DNA of 64,000 nucleotides from assembly GCA_019247495.1 (NCBI GenBank), contig JAFAOU010000132.1:74733-138732 (forward strand), written 5' to 3'. Positions 10,001-17,107 of this stretch are shown in pieces (within the stretch, counting starts at the first letter, position 1; each line of letters starts with the position of its first letter). The translations under genes were made by a program, and so were the position numbers. Origin of the DNA: Acidobacteriota bacterium (lineage in GTDB: Bacteria; Acidobacteriota; Thermoanaerobaculia; Gp7-AA8). Below the pieces are notes generated by a model. That model did no database searches and was not told the DNA's origin. It saw only the letters and a list, made by a program, of their open reading frames with translations.

Positions 10001-13000
10001 CGAGCCGCCACCGCTCATCGTGTGCGTGCCGGACGGAAAGGAAAGATTGCCTGGCGCCGTGACGGTGAAGGACCCGCCGTTGCTCGTGCCCCCGCCGCTC
10101 AGCGTAAGCGTGTTGCTGGTCTCGACCAGTCCGCTGTTGTTCAGCATCGCGCCGATGGCGATGCTCGCGTTGGCGTTGAGGGTCCCCTGATTGTTGATGG
10201 TGCCCGATCCGGTGACGTCTCCGCTCACGTTGAGCGTTCCGCCGTTCTGCAGCGTGCGGCTGGTGAGCGTGACCGGCGCGGAAATGCCGAGGGTCTTCGT
10301 CGCGGGATTGATCGTCGTCCCGCTGCCGCTCATCGTGCCGCCCGACCACGTGCCTCCGTTGTTCAGGGTCAGCGTGCCGCTGCCGCCGAGCGTGCCGCCG
10401 CTCATCGTGAACGCATCGGCTGACCCTGTTGCGTCGAGCGTTGCCGTCCCGGACGTGATGCTCAGGGTTGCAACGTTGATCGGGATTCCGACCGTGGCCG
10501 TAGCACCGTTGAACGACAGCGCCCCCGTACCGCTGATCGAGCCGCCGCCGGTCATGGAGTGCGTGCCCGCCGAGAAGGCAAGGGTGCCCGGCGTCATGGC
10601 GCTGAACGAGCCGCCGCTGTGCGTGCCGCCGCCGGCCAGATCGAGCGTGCCGATCCCGGCGTTCACCGTCCCGCCGCTGTTGTTCTCGACCGTCGGGAAG
10701 AGCGTGGTTGTGCCCGTGCCGGCGTTCTTGGTGATCACGCCGAAGTTCTCGATGACGGCGGTGCCGGAGAGGTTGATATTGCCGTCGATGGAGAGAGCGA
10801 ACGCGTTGTTGTTCGTGATCCTGCTGCCGCCGGACATCGTCAGAGCGCCTGTCCCGGCATTGGTGTAGATCATCATTCCGTTGTTGAGCAACTGGCGTGT
10901 TTGGGTAAGCGACTTCGCGACCACCCCGCCGATGTACATGTTGTTGCCGGGGTCGATCCGCGTCACGCCGCCCGGCGCGCTTGCGCTTCCCATGGTGCCG
11001 CCGTTCCAGAAGGTTGTGCCGGACAGGATCAACGTGCCGCCGCCATCGATGACGGCGCCGCCCCCCTGGATCGTCACGTTGGGGATAGTCATGGTGATGC
11101 TCGTCGGAACACGGAGCGCTCCGCCACTGACTGTGAAGTTGCCGCTCCCCGGCATCGAGACCGAGCCGGAATTGATGAGGAACACGCCGCCCGTGACTTC
11201 GAGGGTCGTACTCGGGGCGATGTCGAGGGTCGCGCCGGCGGCGACGCTCGCGCCGCCGCCGAACTGCAGGGTTCCCGAATCCAGATCGATCGTTGAAGTC
11301 CCTGAGATCGTCACTGGCACGCCGATGGTGCTCGTACCGGAAGTCGTTTTCTTCCAGATTGTGCCGTTGCTGATGATGGAACTGGCGGCGCCGCCGCCAT
11401 CGGTGAAGTCGCCGTCATTGGTGACGCTCAGCGTTTTGCCAGGGTCGATGGTCAGGCTCGCGCCGTTGGAAAGCACGAGCGGATTGCTCGAGGCAGTGAA
11501 GTTTGACGTGGCCTGAAGCTGGAGCGCGGCACCATCGAGCAGGCAGTTGCCAGCGGAACAACTGATGGTGGACATCGAAGTGCTGGTCAGCACTCTTGCT
11601 CCGCTGCCGGCGATCGTGCCGGCGGACCAGAGGAAAGCGCCACTCACCCGAACGTCGCCGGCGCCGGTGATCGTCCCTCCCGATTGGAGAGCGACATTGG
11701 GGCAGATGAGGTTGACGCCGGAGCCTGCGTCGAGCGTCGCGCCGGAGATGTCGAGGGTGCCGGTGCCGGTGACGGTAGCGGTGCTGGCAACTGTGAACGT
11801 GCCTCCCGCGAGGCGAAGGATGGCGGGGAAGATGATCGAGAAGGCGCCCGCGGCGATGCCGCCTCCGGAGAGAGCGATCGTGCCCATCGGGGCGCTCAGC
11901 GTCGCGCCGCTGTGGTTGTCGAGCGGCGGAGAGATCGTGCTCGTTCCCGTGCCGCCGCTCTTGGTGATGGTGCCGTTGTTGTCGATGAGCGCGCCGGCGG
12001 ATAGATTGATGTTGCCGTCCGCGGTGAGATTGAAGGCGTTGTTGTTGGTGATCTTGGCGTTGGCAGACATCGTCAGCGCATTCGAGGTCGTGCCGGCGTA
12101 GTTCAACGTCCCGTTGTTGATCAATTCACGGGATTGGGTGAGCGTTTGCGCGCCGCCGGCGGCGATGTTCAGGATGTCGACGCCGGAATTGATCTGCGTG
12201 ACGCCGCCGGGAGCGGTGGCGCTGCCCATCGTGCCGCCCGACCAGGTAGTGGTGCCGAAGAGGATGAGTGTTCCGCCGCCGTCGATGATGCCGGGCGCCT
12301 GCAGCGTCACGTTCTTGAGGACGATGGAGACACTGGTCGGGACGCGCAGCGTTCCGCTGGCGACCAGGAAACCGCCGGTCCCCGGCGTCGAGACTGGGCC
12401 GGAGTTGAAGAGAAACGCGCCGCCGTTGACTTCGAGTGTGGTTCCGGCGCCGGCGTCGAGGGTCGTGCCGGCGGCGACGCTCGCGCCGCGGGTGAACATC
12501 ACGGTCCCGGTGTTGATGGTCAGCGTCGAGGTCCCGGACATCGTGACCGGCACGTCGAGGATGCTGATGCCGGTCGTCCCGTTCTTCCGGATCGTGCCGT
12601 TGTTGATGATGGAGCCGCCCCCGACGCCGCCGAAGTCGCCGTCGCCGGTGATGGTGAGCGTCTTGCCCGGGTCGATGGTGATGCTGGCGCCGTTGGTGAG
12701 GTCGAATGAATTGTTCCCGGCGTTGTACGTCGTCGAGGCCTGAAGCTGAAGCGCGGCGGTGTCGAGCGTGCAGATGCTGCTGCACGTGATCGTCGGCGTG
12801 GAACTGCTGTTCATCACCCTGGGGCCGCTGCCAGCGACCCTCCCGCCGGTCCAGTTGAAATTGCCGCTCACGCGCAGAGTACCGGCTCCATCAATCTTCG
12901 AACTGGCGGCCGTGAGGTTCACATTTGGCCAGGTAACGTCCACGAGGTTGTCGAGAAGGAGCGTTCCGGCGGCGTTGAGCGTGCCGCTGACCCCGGCGTT

Positions 13001-14530
13001 GCCGGTTAGCTCAAGGGTGCCGCTGAGCGTGGTCGTGCCGTTGATGAAATGCCCGTTGGGGAGTGCCACCGTGCCTGCGCCGCTGATCGTGATGCCGCTG
13101 AACGTGCCGCCCTTGCTGAACGTAAGAGTGCCGGTGTCAGCGTGAATGGTGGAACCGCTGTTCGAGTCAACCGGGATGCTGATGGTCGTGATGCCGCTTC
13201 CGGCGCTCTTCGTTATCGTGCCCGTCCCGTTGGTGATCTTGGAGGTGTCGCCGGGGGGGGCGAGGATCACCAGGTTTCGGTCGGTCCGGAGGTCGATCGT
13301 ACCGTTGTTGGTGACGGTGATGTTGTTGAAGAGACCGTACTGATTGGCGATGTTGATATCGTTGGTGTAGATGATCTGGCCGCCGCTGTTGACGGTGGTA
13401 TTGATAGCGATGTTGGAGTGGTTGTCGGTGCCGTGACACTGCACCACGCCGCCGCTGTTGATGGTCATTGTCCCACTGCCGACGAGCGAGCCGCCGTAAT
13501 GCTCCAGGGTCGCCGATACCGAAAAGGTCGACGAAGTCGACAGGTTGGCGTCCCTTAGGGCCACCGTTCCCGAGGTGAAGGTCATCGGCGTGCTGCTCGT
13601 CCAGGAATCGGGGGAGCTGCCACCCGGGCCGTCACCGATGTTGACCGTCGCGCCGGCGATAGAGAGCGTGCCGCCCCCATTGGCCGTCGGACTGCCGGCG
13701 ATGGTGAACGTACCGCCTGTGAGAGCGATGAACGCTCCGGAGGAGATCGAGTGCGTGCCGCTGATCGTGCCGCCGTTGTTGAGCGTCAGCGTGCCCGACT
13801 GCGACTGGATCGTGCCGCCGGCGGCGTTGTCGACGGTGAAATTGATGGCTGCGCTGCCGCTGCCGAAACTCTTCTTGATCACGCCGCCGCTGTTGTTGGT
13901 AAGAACGGGCGTTCCTCCGTCGGCGAGGACGTCGTGGTCGGTTTGAATGTCGATGACACCGCTGTTGACGATGACGGCGCCGCCGCAGCCAAAGTGCTGG
14001 CCCGCCATGATCGTGTTAAGGAAATTGATGGTGCCGGAGTTGTAGGCGTTGCGGAGCAGGCGGGAGGAGTTGACCGTACCCCAGAACTGCAACAGGCCGC
14101 CGATGGGGATGATAAGGGGTCCGGGGCCGTCGAGCGTGCCTCCGTAAATATCGACCGTGCCATAGATGAACAGGGTTCCGGCGCCCTGGAAGTTCGAGCT
14201 GTTGAGCAGCAGCGTGCCGCCAACATCGACCACGCTCGAAGAGGACACCGAAAGAAACCGGCCCGTCTCGATCAGTACGATCGCGGAACCGTGGACAAAG
14301 ATACTGTGGACGGTCGCATTCATGTCGATCCGGACCGTTCCGGTGCCGACACTGGGGATGTCGACGTCGTCGGAGATGCCGGGCACCGCGTTCCCGCTCC
14401 AGTTGAGCGGATTGCTCCAAAACTCAGTACCGCCGCCGGCGGTGTAAGTCACGGTCGCGCCGAAAGCGGCAGGGAAACAGGCAACCATCGCCAACACAAA
14501 GACGGCGCGCACAACGACGCGAATGTTCAT
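4043..14530 (-). CDS. Giant (3,495 aa) secreted repeat protein, adhesin-like beta-helix plus Ig-like modules
   Basis: Signal-like MNIRVVVRAVFVLAMVACFPAAFGA. About 2,000 aa of G/T/S/N-rich GTLTL.NGGT.SGG repeats, reminiscent of autotransporter-associated beta-strand repeats. These are followed by DUF11/CARDB-like modules (LAVSVSTPPSVANGSAFAYTVNLINQGGSDA), four Cys-framed ~90-aa modules and C-terminal beta-sandwich repeats. No C-terminal barrel or sorting tail recognised. Confidence 0.9.
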   Translation of the reverse strand: MNIRVVVRAVFVLAMVACFPAAFGATVTYTAGGGTEFWSNPLNWSGNAVPGISDDVDIPSVGTGTVRIDMNATVHSIFVHGSAIVLIETGRFLSVSSSSVVDVGGTLLLNSSNFQGAGTLFIYGTVDIYGGTLDGPGPLIIPIGGLLQFWGTVNSSRLLRNAYNSGTINFLNTIMAGQHFGCGGAVIVNSGVIDIQTDHDVLADGGTPVLTNNSGGVIKKSFGSGSAAINFTVDNAAGGTIQSQSGTLTLNNGGTISGTHSISSGAFIALTGGTFTIAGSPTANGGGTLSIAGATVNIGDGPGGSSPDSWTSSTPMTFTSGTVALRDANLSTSSTFSVSATLEHYGGSLVGSGTMTINSGGVVQCHGTDNHSNIAINTTVNSGGQIIYTNDINIANQYGLFNNITVTNNGTIDLRTDRNLVILAPPGDTSKITNGTGTITKSAGSGITTISIPVDSNSGSTIHADTGTLTFSKGGTFSGITISGAGTVALPNGHFINGTTTLSGTLELTGNAGVSGTLNAAGTLLLDNLVDVTWPNVNLTAASSKIDGAGTLRVSGNFNWTGGRVAGSGPRVMNSSSTPTITCSSICTLDTAALQLQASTTYNAGNNSFDLTNGASITIDPGKTLTITGDGDFGGVGGGSIINNGTIRKNGTTGISILDVPVTMSGTSTLTINTGTVMFTRGASVAAGTTLDAGAGTTLEVNGGAFLFNSGPVSTPGTGGFLVASGTLRVPTSVSIVLKNVTLQAPGIIDGGGTLILFGTTTWSGGTMGSATAPGGVTQINSGVDILNIAAGGAQTLTQSRELINNGTLNYAGTTSNALTMSANAKITNNNAFNLTADGNINLSAGALIDNNGTITKSGGTGTSTISPPLDNHSGATLSAPMGTIALSGGGIAAGAFSIIFPAILRLAGGTFTVASTATVTGTGTLDISGATLDAGSGVNLICPNVALQSGGTITGAGDVRVSGAFLWSAGTIAGSGARVLTSTSMSTISCSAGNCLLDGAALQLQATSNFTASSNPLVLSNGASLTIDPGKTLSVTNDGDFTDGGGAASSIISNGTIWKKTTSGTSTIGVPVTISGTSTIDLDSGTLQFGGGASVAAGATLDIAPSTTLEVTGGVFLINSGSVSMPGSGNFTVSGGALRVPTSITMTIPNVTIQGGGAVIDGGGTLILSGTTFWNGGTMGSASAPGGVTRIDPGNNMYIGGVVAKSLTQTRQLLNNGMMIYTNAGTGALTMSGGSRITNNNAFALSIDGNINLSGTAVIENFGVITKNAGTGTTTLFPTVENNSGGTVNAGIGTLDLAGGGTHSGGSFSAMTPGTLAFSAGTHSMTGGGSISGTGALSFNGATATVGIPINVATLSITSGTATLDATGSADAFTMSGGTLGGSGTLTLNNGGTWSGGTMSGSGTTINPATKTLGISAPVTLTSRTLQNGGTLNVSGDVTGSGTINNQGTLNANASIAIGAMLNNSGLVETSNTLTLSGGGTSNGGSFTVTAPGNLSFPSGTHTMSGGGSISGTGTLTFGGAAATVGIPVNVSTLNMNAGTAMLNGNGSAGAFTMTGGTLGGSGTFTLTNGGTWSGGTMSGSGTTINPATKSLGISAPVTLNSTLQNDGTLNVNGNVAGSGTIANNGTLNTGANVTISPAVNNGGQVATSNALALSGGGTHSGSFTVTSPGNLSFTGGTHSVIGGGSIGGTGTLTFSGATATVSVPVNVGTLSVSGGTATLNASSSAGAFTMNGGTLGGSGTLTLTNGGTWSGGTMSGSGITANPAAMTFSIPGSVTLTGRTLQNNGTLNVSGAVIAGSGTIDNIGAVNDTVGATISAPMNNSGQVTTSALLSLGGGGTHSGTFTASNAASVIDFNGGGHTISGPFAGAGKFRFSGGTAALNNAWSGKLIDVAGGSVALNTSGTLAPLSLSGGTLTGSGNVTVSGPSTWSGGTIAGSGALTFGAGATVTMPGTNAATLARPLLNQGTINFTASSSAMLIDGVAITNSGTFDIQSAQNILVTPGTPPFINNGTLRKSAGAGVMQFAAPLANTSLVQVSAGTLNFGGTYTQSAGTTEVLPGATLQTVTLSLNGGSLAGNGTIAGTVDNHATVAPGASPGTLTISGDYVQESDGVLNIQLGGTTAGTQYDRLLVSGNVTLGGTLNVTTINSFVPAAGNTFQILTFGDRPNSTTFALIDGVDFGSGAMLIPTYSATDLQLIDTSVQADLAVSVSTPPSVANGSAFAYTVNLINQGGSDATAVSFNATLPPNVTFNSASPAICSGAPNLVCTLGALTNLSSAVVVLNVTANGAGAAPITVFAGGHEFDPNSANNSASVSPSITVSSDLRIAVTGPPGTVPGSRAIYTITVTNSGPDVANNVAVSVAPSSGLTFNANSGACAGSFPCTISALSSGQSATINSAWDISPTATGSVQLSVNAASSTADPNSSNNSASATTLIGTCPAIVIEAPSELRTGARAEATATAFGGAVYHWSISNGTIDSGDGTNIITFTAGDEGPATLAVNVTSGGCTLNAISSIKVTPRQTCEGTAEPSVPPDGTTTAGAVVTFIWSTVDGASGYRLWLQQGDAPPQSLGRTLDGSVTKVIPPGPHHWYVETLFDGCASHESKHLALTILPATDCATDEAPQLSAPANATASTSASVAFSWEAVAKAIGYELWLVPAGGTPTLIHAAPETSYTATVPPGPLEWYVRAIFGGCAATESAHRTFTYTPPPECTTQSPLLIAPAEGERLTSPLSFEWRSVPGATSYELYVDGVLKVTTTSPHAGGIALPLDERRWRVRARLAEGCGALDSVESSVVVIPALPSCTPLEPPAVTAPAQISSGVPGRIQWTFVGGATDYVIEISRDAQFSPGVTTTSTVTTRQLPFTLTNDGSVPAARYIRVHAVDTKCIPPGKGPFSPVSVVSVLPPNGSEGVALMSDPTDVPYTLSIGAELAGLSFTAVPTTSWITVTPASGVVPPGGLTLHAFAHTAGLPPGASTGRVVVTTAGAAGKVGTRGDPSTSTSITLNNLNGTTTQANSTPPPDALTIPAVANVQNFLVKFQSDVCITNTSAQEIEYEISFIPSGESGITKGLSFNTTIASGATLALNSIVKTWLDGLTSSGTLQIRPLTQIDTPAPSAPATGLAPRTTFASSRTFSVATTGGTFGQYVPVVPYANYVSSGKVISLQQIAQSDKFRTNLGLVEGSGEEVTIQVSIFDEAGTKLAGFNEDLTGGQYSQLNEVLKKHGIIALDDGRIEVKVVKGDGKITAYASVIGNDINNDALLVPPATIGGAGHSKWVVPSVTDRTGGSDNWHTDVRIFNSGKDEAALTLVFYPANGGTETIRTTTLAPGEVRQLNSVLPSVFGISQDTGALHVSSAAPAQLVVTARTYNNTGKATYGEFIPAVTLEETVSAGSRPLQILQVEESETYHSHIGFAEVSGKEVTLEVSVFLADLKAPALKPLEVKLAPNQFLQIDSLLFSKFGLTDTRNARISVSVKSGEGRATAYLSLVDKKSGDPTYIPAQ
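8950..10550 (-). repeat. Three in-frame tandem repeats of ~531-537 nt (~177-179 aa) inside the giant gene
   Basis: Anchor GCTCATCGTGCCGCCGGACCAGGTGCC (WSGGTMSG) occurs at 9260 and 9791, with a slightly diverged copy at 10328. The GGGSISGTG unit starts fall near 9481, 10011 and 10548. Confidence 0.85.
10670..13135 (-). repeat. Two in-frame tandem copies of a ~1,233-nt (~411 aa) segment inside the giant gene
   Basis: Shadow ORFs starting at 10881 and 12114 are collinear paralogues (offset 1,233 nt). At protein level ...DGAALQLQA..NGAS.TIDPGKTL..T.DGDF... recurs. Confidence 0.8.
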
Positions 14531-14578
14531 AGAGGGACCCGATTAGGAATTGCTGAATTATTACAATAGCACCGTTTC

Positions 14579-17107
14579 TTACTTCAACCTGTAAATCATT
14601 CGGACGCTCACCGTTCTCCCGTTCTGCAACACGCTTGGCAGTGACTCCGAACCGACCACCCGGTACTGCTTGTCGAACACGTTGTCGGCCAGGAGCTGCA
14701 CCGACAGCTTCGGCAGGAGGTCGCGATACGTCAGGGAGACGGCGGTCGTCGCGTACGCGTCAGGGCCAGGGTTGTCGGGAAATGTGACGAAGGCAGTCCC
14801 GCGGCCGATCTTGCGAGGACCGGAGTAATGCATCCGGATTGCTGCCGTCAGTTGCCGCCACTCCTCATCGACGCCGGCGTTGATCTGGTCCGAGGCGATG
14901 TTCGGTACGCGCACGGCCTCGGTGGCAGCGTTCGGGTCGGCCGCATTCGGATCGATCGCAGAGGGGATGCGCTGCTCCGGCTGCACGTGCGTGTAATTCG
15001 CCCAGATCTGCGCGGCCGCGATCTTGTGACGCGCCGTCAACTCCAGACCGCGCACGAGGATCTCGTCGCGATTCTGGTTTACCACGCACGGATTGGGGCA
15101 GGTTTTCGAGGAGGGAAGCCGCCTGATGGCGATGACGCCCGTGTAGTGAGCCCGGTAGGCGGCGAGCTGTACGGACGTTCGCTCGTCAGCCTCCCATCCG
15201 GCGCTGACCTCGGTATTGCGCACTCGTTCCGGACGCAGGTTGACATTGACGGACGTCTGAAACGCGCCGAAGCGGGGGAAGACGACGCCGCCGAATTTTT
15301 CGGTGTCGGTCGGATCCTTGAACGCTTCCGAATAAACCGCTTTCAGGACCAGCTGGCGGCGGCCCGGCGAATAGATCACTCCAAGCCGCGGCGTGAAGAT
15401 CGAGCCGAAGCCGGACACTTCGGTCTTCGTACTGTCGTCGATCTTGTTGTAGCTGAGCCGTCCCGCCGCGACGAATCGAAGCGATGGCCGCGGCTTCCAC
15501 GCACCTTGTCCCCACAGTGCCGTATCGGTGTGGAAATTACGAGAGGACACCACGGCCTGGGAACCGCCGGAGAATTGGTCGTATTGGCTTTGGATCGTGC
15601 TTTTCGCGAATTCGACGCCAGTCACTCCGCTCAGCGTCTCCGAAGGCTGCCAGGCCATGCTGACCTCACTGCGAATCTGGGTCGAAAGAGCCCTGCCGTT
15701 GACGGGGAAAAGGATCCCGGCCGTGGGCGGGCAAACCGCCGCGCCGCAGGTGCGGGGAAGGAGATTGCTCGAATCGAGGATGCCGTTGGCATAGATGGCC
15801 ATCAAATCGAACTCCGACGAATTTGGATCGATGCTCGATTGCCTGTAGCGCGTGAAAATATTCAGCGTTCCCATCGACAGCCGGGACGAATAGCGGAGGT
15901 AGAGCGCGGTCTCCTCCGGCGTGTACGTCGTGTTGCCGCCATAGGTCTGCGCGCCGTATGCGGAAGCGACGCCTTCCTGGCTTCGCCACGACTGCAGGCC
16001 GAGCGTCACATTCGAGATCTGGACCTTGGCGTTGACGCCCCAGTTCTTCGCCCGGTCGTTGAATCCGAGGTGGTTCTGCTGGATGAAGGCTTGATCGGTC
16101 TGGCGAGCGAGTAGCAGTCCCGCGGCATTGACGCCCTTCAGCGTCGGGAGCTTCCCATAGTCCAGATTGCGATACGTGTAGTCCCAGTCGTCGAACTTCG
16201 AAAGATCGCGTTCCTTGCCGTCCTGAAAACGGCCCGCGATTGACCACGCCACGGTGCCGCCGCCGGTGATGCCGGCTGCGGTCATGTCAGCGGCTGTGCT
16301 GCCGTAGCCGCCGGTAGTCACGTGTCCGGCGAGACCGAACGGTTTGTTCTCGAGGAACGCCCCGGCGTCTCTGGTGATGATGCTGATCACGCCCGTGTAG
16401 GCGTTCGCGCCGTACATCGTCGAGGCCGGCCCGTAGACGACCTCGACACGGTCGATGTTCGTGAGCGGATATTGCCGCGACAGATATTGCGTGCCCTGAG
16501 TCAGGTCGTTCTGCTCGACGCCGTCGATCAGTAGCAGAAGCCGGCTGTTGAATGCGTCGTAGTAGCCGCGCTGATAGACATGTGAGTAGATGTCGCCGTT
16601 CGTGCGATTGACGTCGAAGCCGGGAAGATCGTGAAGAAGTTGCTCGAGATCGAGGTAGCCGCGCCGTTCGATCTCGTCGCCCGTGACGACGACGACGGTT
16701 GCCGGTGCTTCGCGCAAACTCTCCGCGCTTTTCGACACCGACGTGACCTGCGCCGACTGTTCCTCGCGCCGCACCTCGGCCAGGAGCGCGGCGAAACGCG
16801 GCGAGCCTGTGGCGTCGTCGAAGCCCGGTTCGAGCCGCAGAAGCTTCGAGACTTCTTTCTTTGCTTCGTCCGGCCGCTCGGCGTACATCAGCGCGCGGGC
16901 CAGCAGCGATTGCACTTGAATGGCGACGGTGCGCGAGAGCCTGGCGCGAGCGCAATCCTGGCGCAGCAGGCTCGCGGTCTGCGCGAACTCCCCGATGTCG
17001 TACGACTTCTGCGCCTCCGCGAATGCTGCCGTGCAGGCGTTCTGCGCCGATGAGACCTGCGCGGCGAGGAGCAGGACGACGGCGGCAAAAATCGAGACGC
17101 GTCTCAT
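14579..17107 (-). CDS. TonB-dependent-receptor-like outer-membrane barrel with helical/TPR-like N-terminal extension
   Basis: Signal peptide MRRVSIFAAVVLLLAAQVSSAQ. Plug motifs VVVVTGDEIERRGY, LLIDGVEQND and IDRVEVVYGPASTMYGANAYTGVISIITR, then a long beta-rich C-terminus. The ATG at 17107 overlaps the upstream stop as ATGA. Confidence 0.8.
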   Translation of the reverse strand: MRRVSIFAAVVLLLAAQVSSAQNACTAAFAEAQKSYDIGEFAQTASLLRQDCARARLSRTVAIQVQSLLARALMYAERPDEAKKEVSKLLRLEPGFDDATGSPRFAALLAEVRREEQSAQVTSVSKSAESLREAPATVVVVTGDEIERRGYLDLEQLLHDLPGFDVNRTNGDIYSHVYQRGYYDAFNSRLLLLIDGVEQNDLTQGTQYLSRQYPLTNIDRVEVVYGPASTMYGANAYTGVISIITRDAGAFLENKPFGLAGHVTTGGYGSTAADMTAAGITGGGTVAWSIAGRFQDGKERDLSKFDDWDYTYRNLDYGKLPTLKGVNAAGLLLARQTDQAFIQQNHLGFNDRAKNWGVNAKVQISNVTLGLQSWRSQEGVASAYGAQTYGGNTTYTPEETALYLRYSSRLSMGTLNIFTRYRQSSIDPNSSEFDLMAIYANGILDSSNLLPRTCGAAVCPPTAGILFPVNGRALSTQIRSEVSMAWQPSETLSGVTGVEFAKSTIQSQYDQFSGGSQAVVSSRNFHTDTALWGQGAWKPRPSLRFVAAGRLSYNKIDDSTKTEVSGFGSIFTPRLGVIYSPGRRQLVLKAVYSEAFKDPTDTEKFGGVVFPRFGAFQTSVNVNLRPERVRNTEVSAGWEADERTSVQLAAYRAHYTGVIAIRRLPSSKTCPNPCVVNQNRDEILVRGLELTARHKIAAAQIWANYTHVQPEQRIPSAIDPNAADPNAATEAVRVPNIASDQINAGVDEEWRQLTAAIRMHYSGPRKIGRGTAFVTFPDNPGPDAYATTAVSLTYRDLLPKLSVQLLADNVFDKQYRVVGSESLPSVLQNGRTVSVRMIYRLK

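Noticed and set aside
4043-14530. Classical type V autotransporter or two-partner secretion substrate
   Set aside because: No C-terminal beta-barrel translocator domain and no N-terminal TPS motif were recognised. The beta-strand repeat resemblance alone is insufficient.
5577-14569. Dozens of 60-440-aa ORFs on both strands inside the giant gene
   Set aside because: They are alternative-frame readings of a repeat-rich GC-biased gene (poly-Arg/Pro/Val compositions). Their mutual similarity only mirrors the repeats of the real frame.
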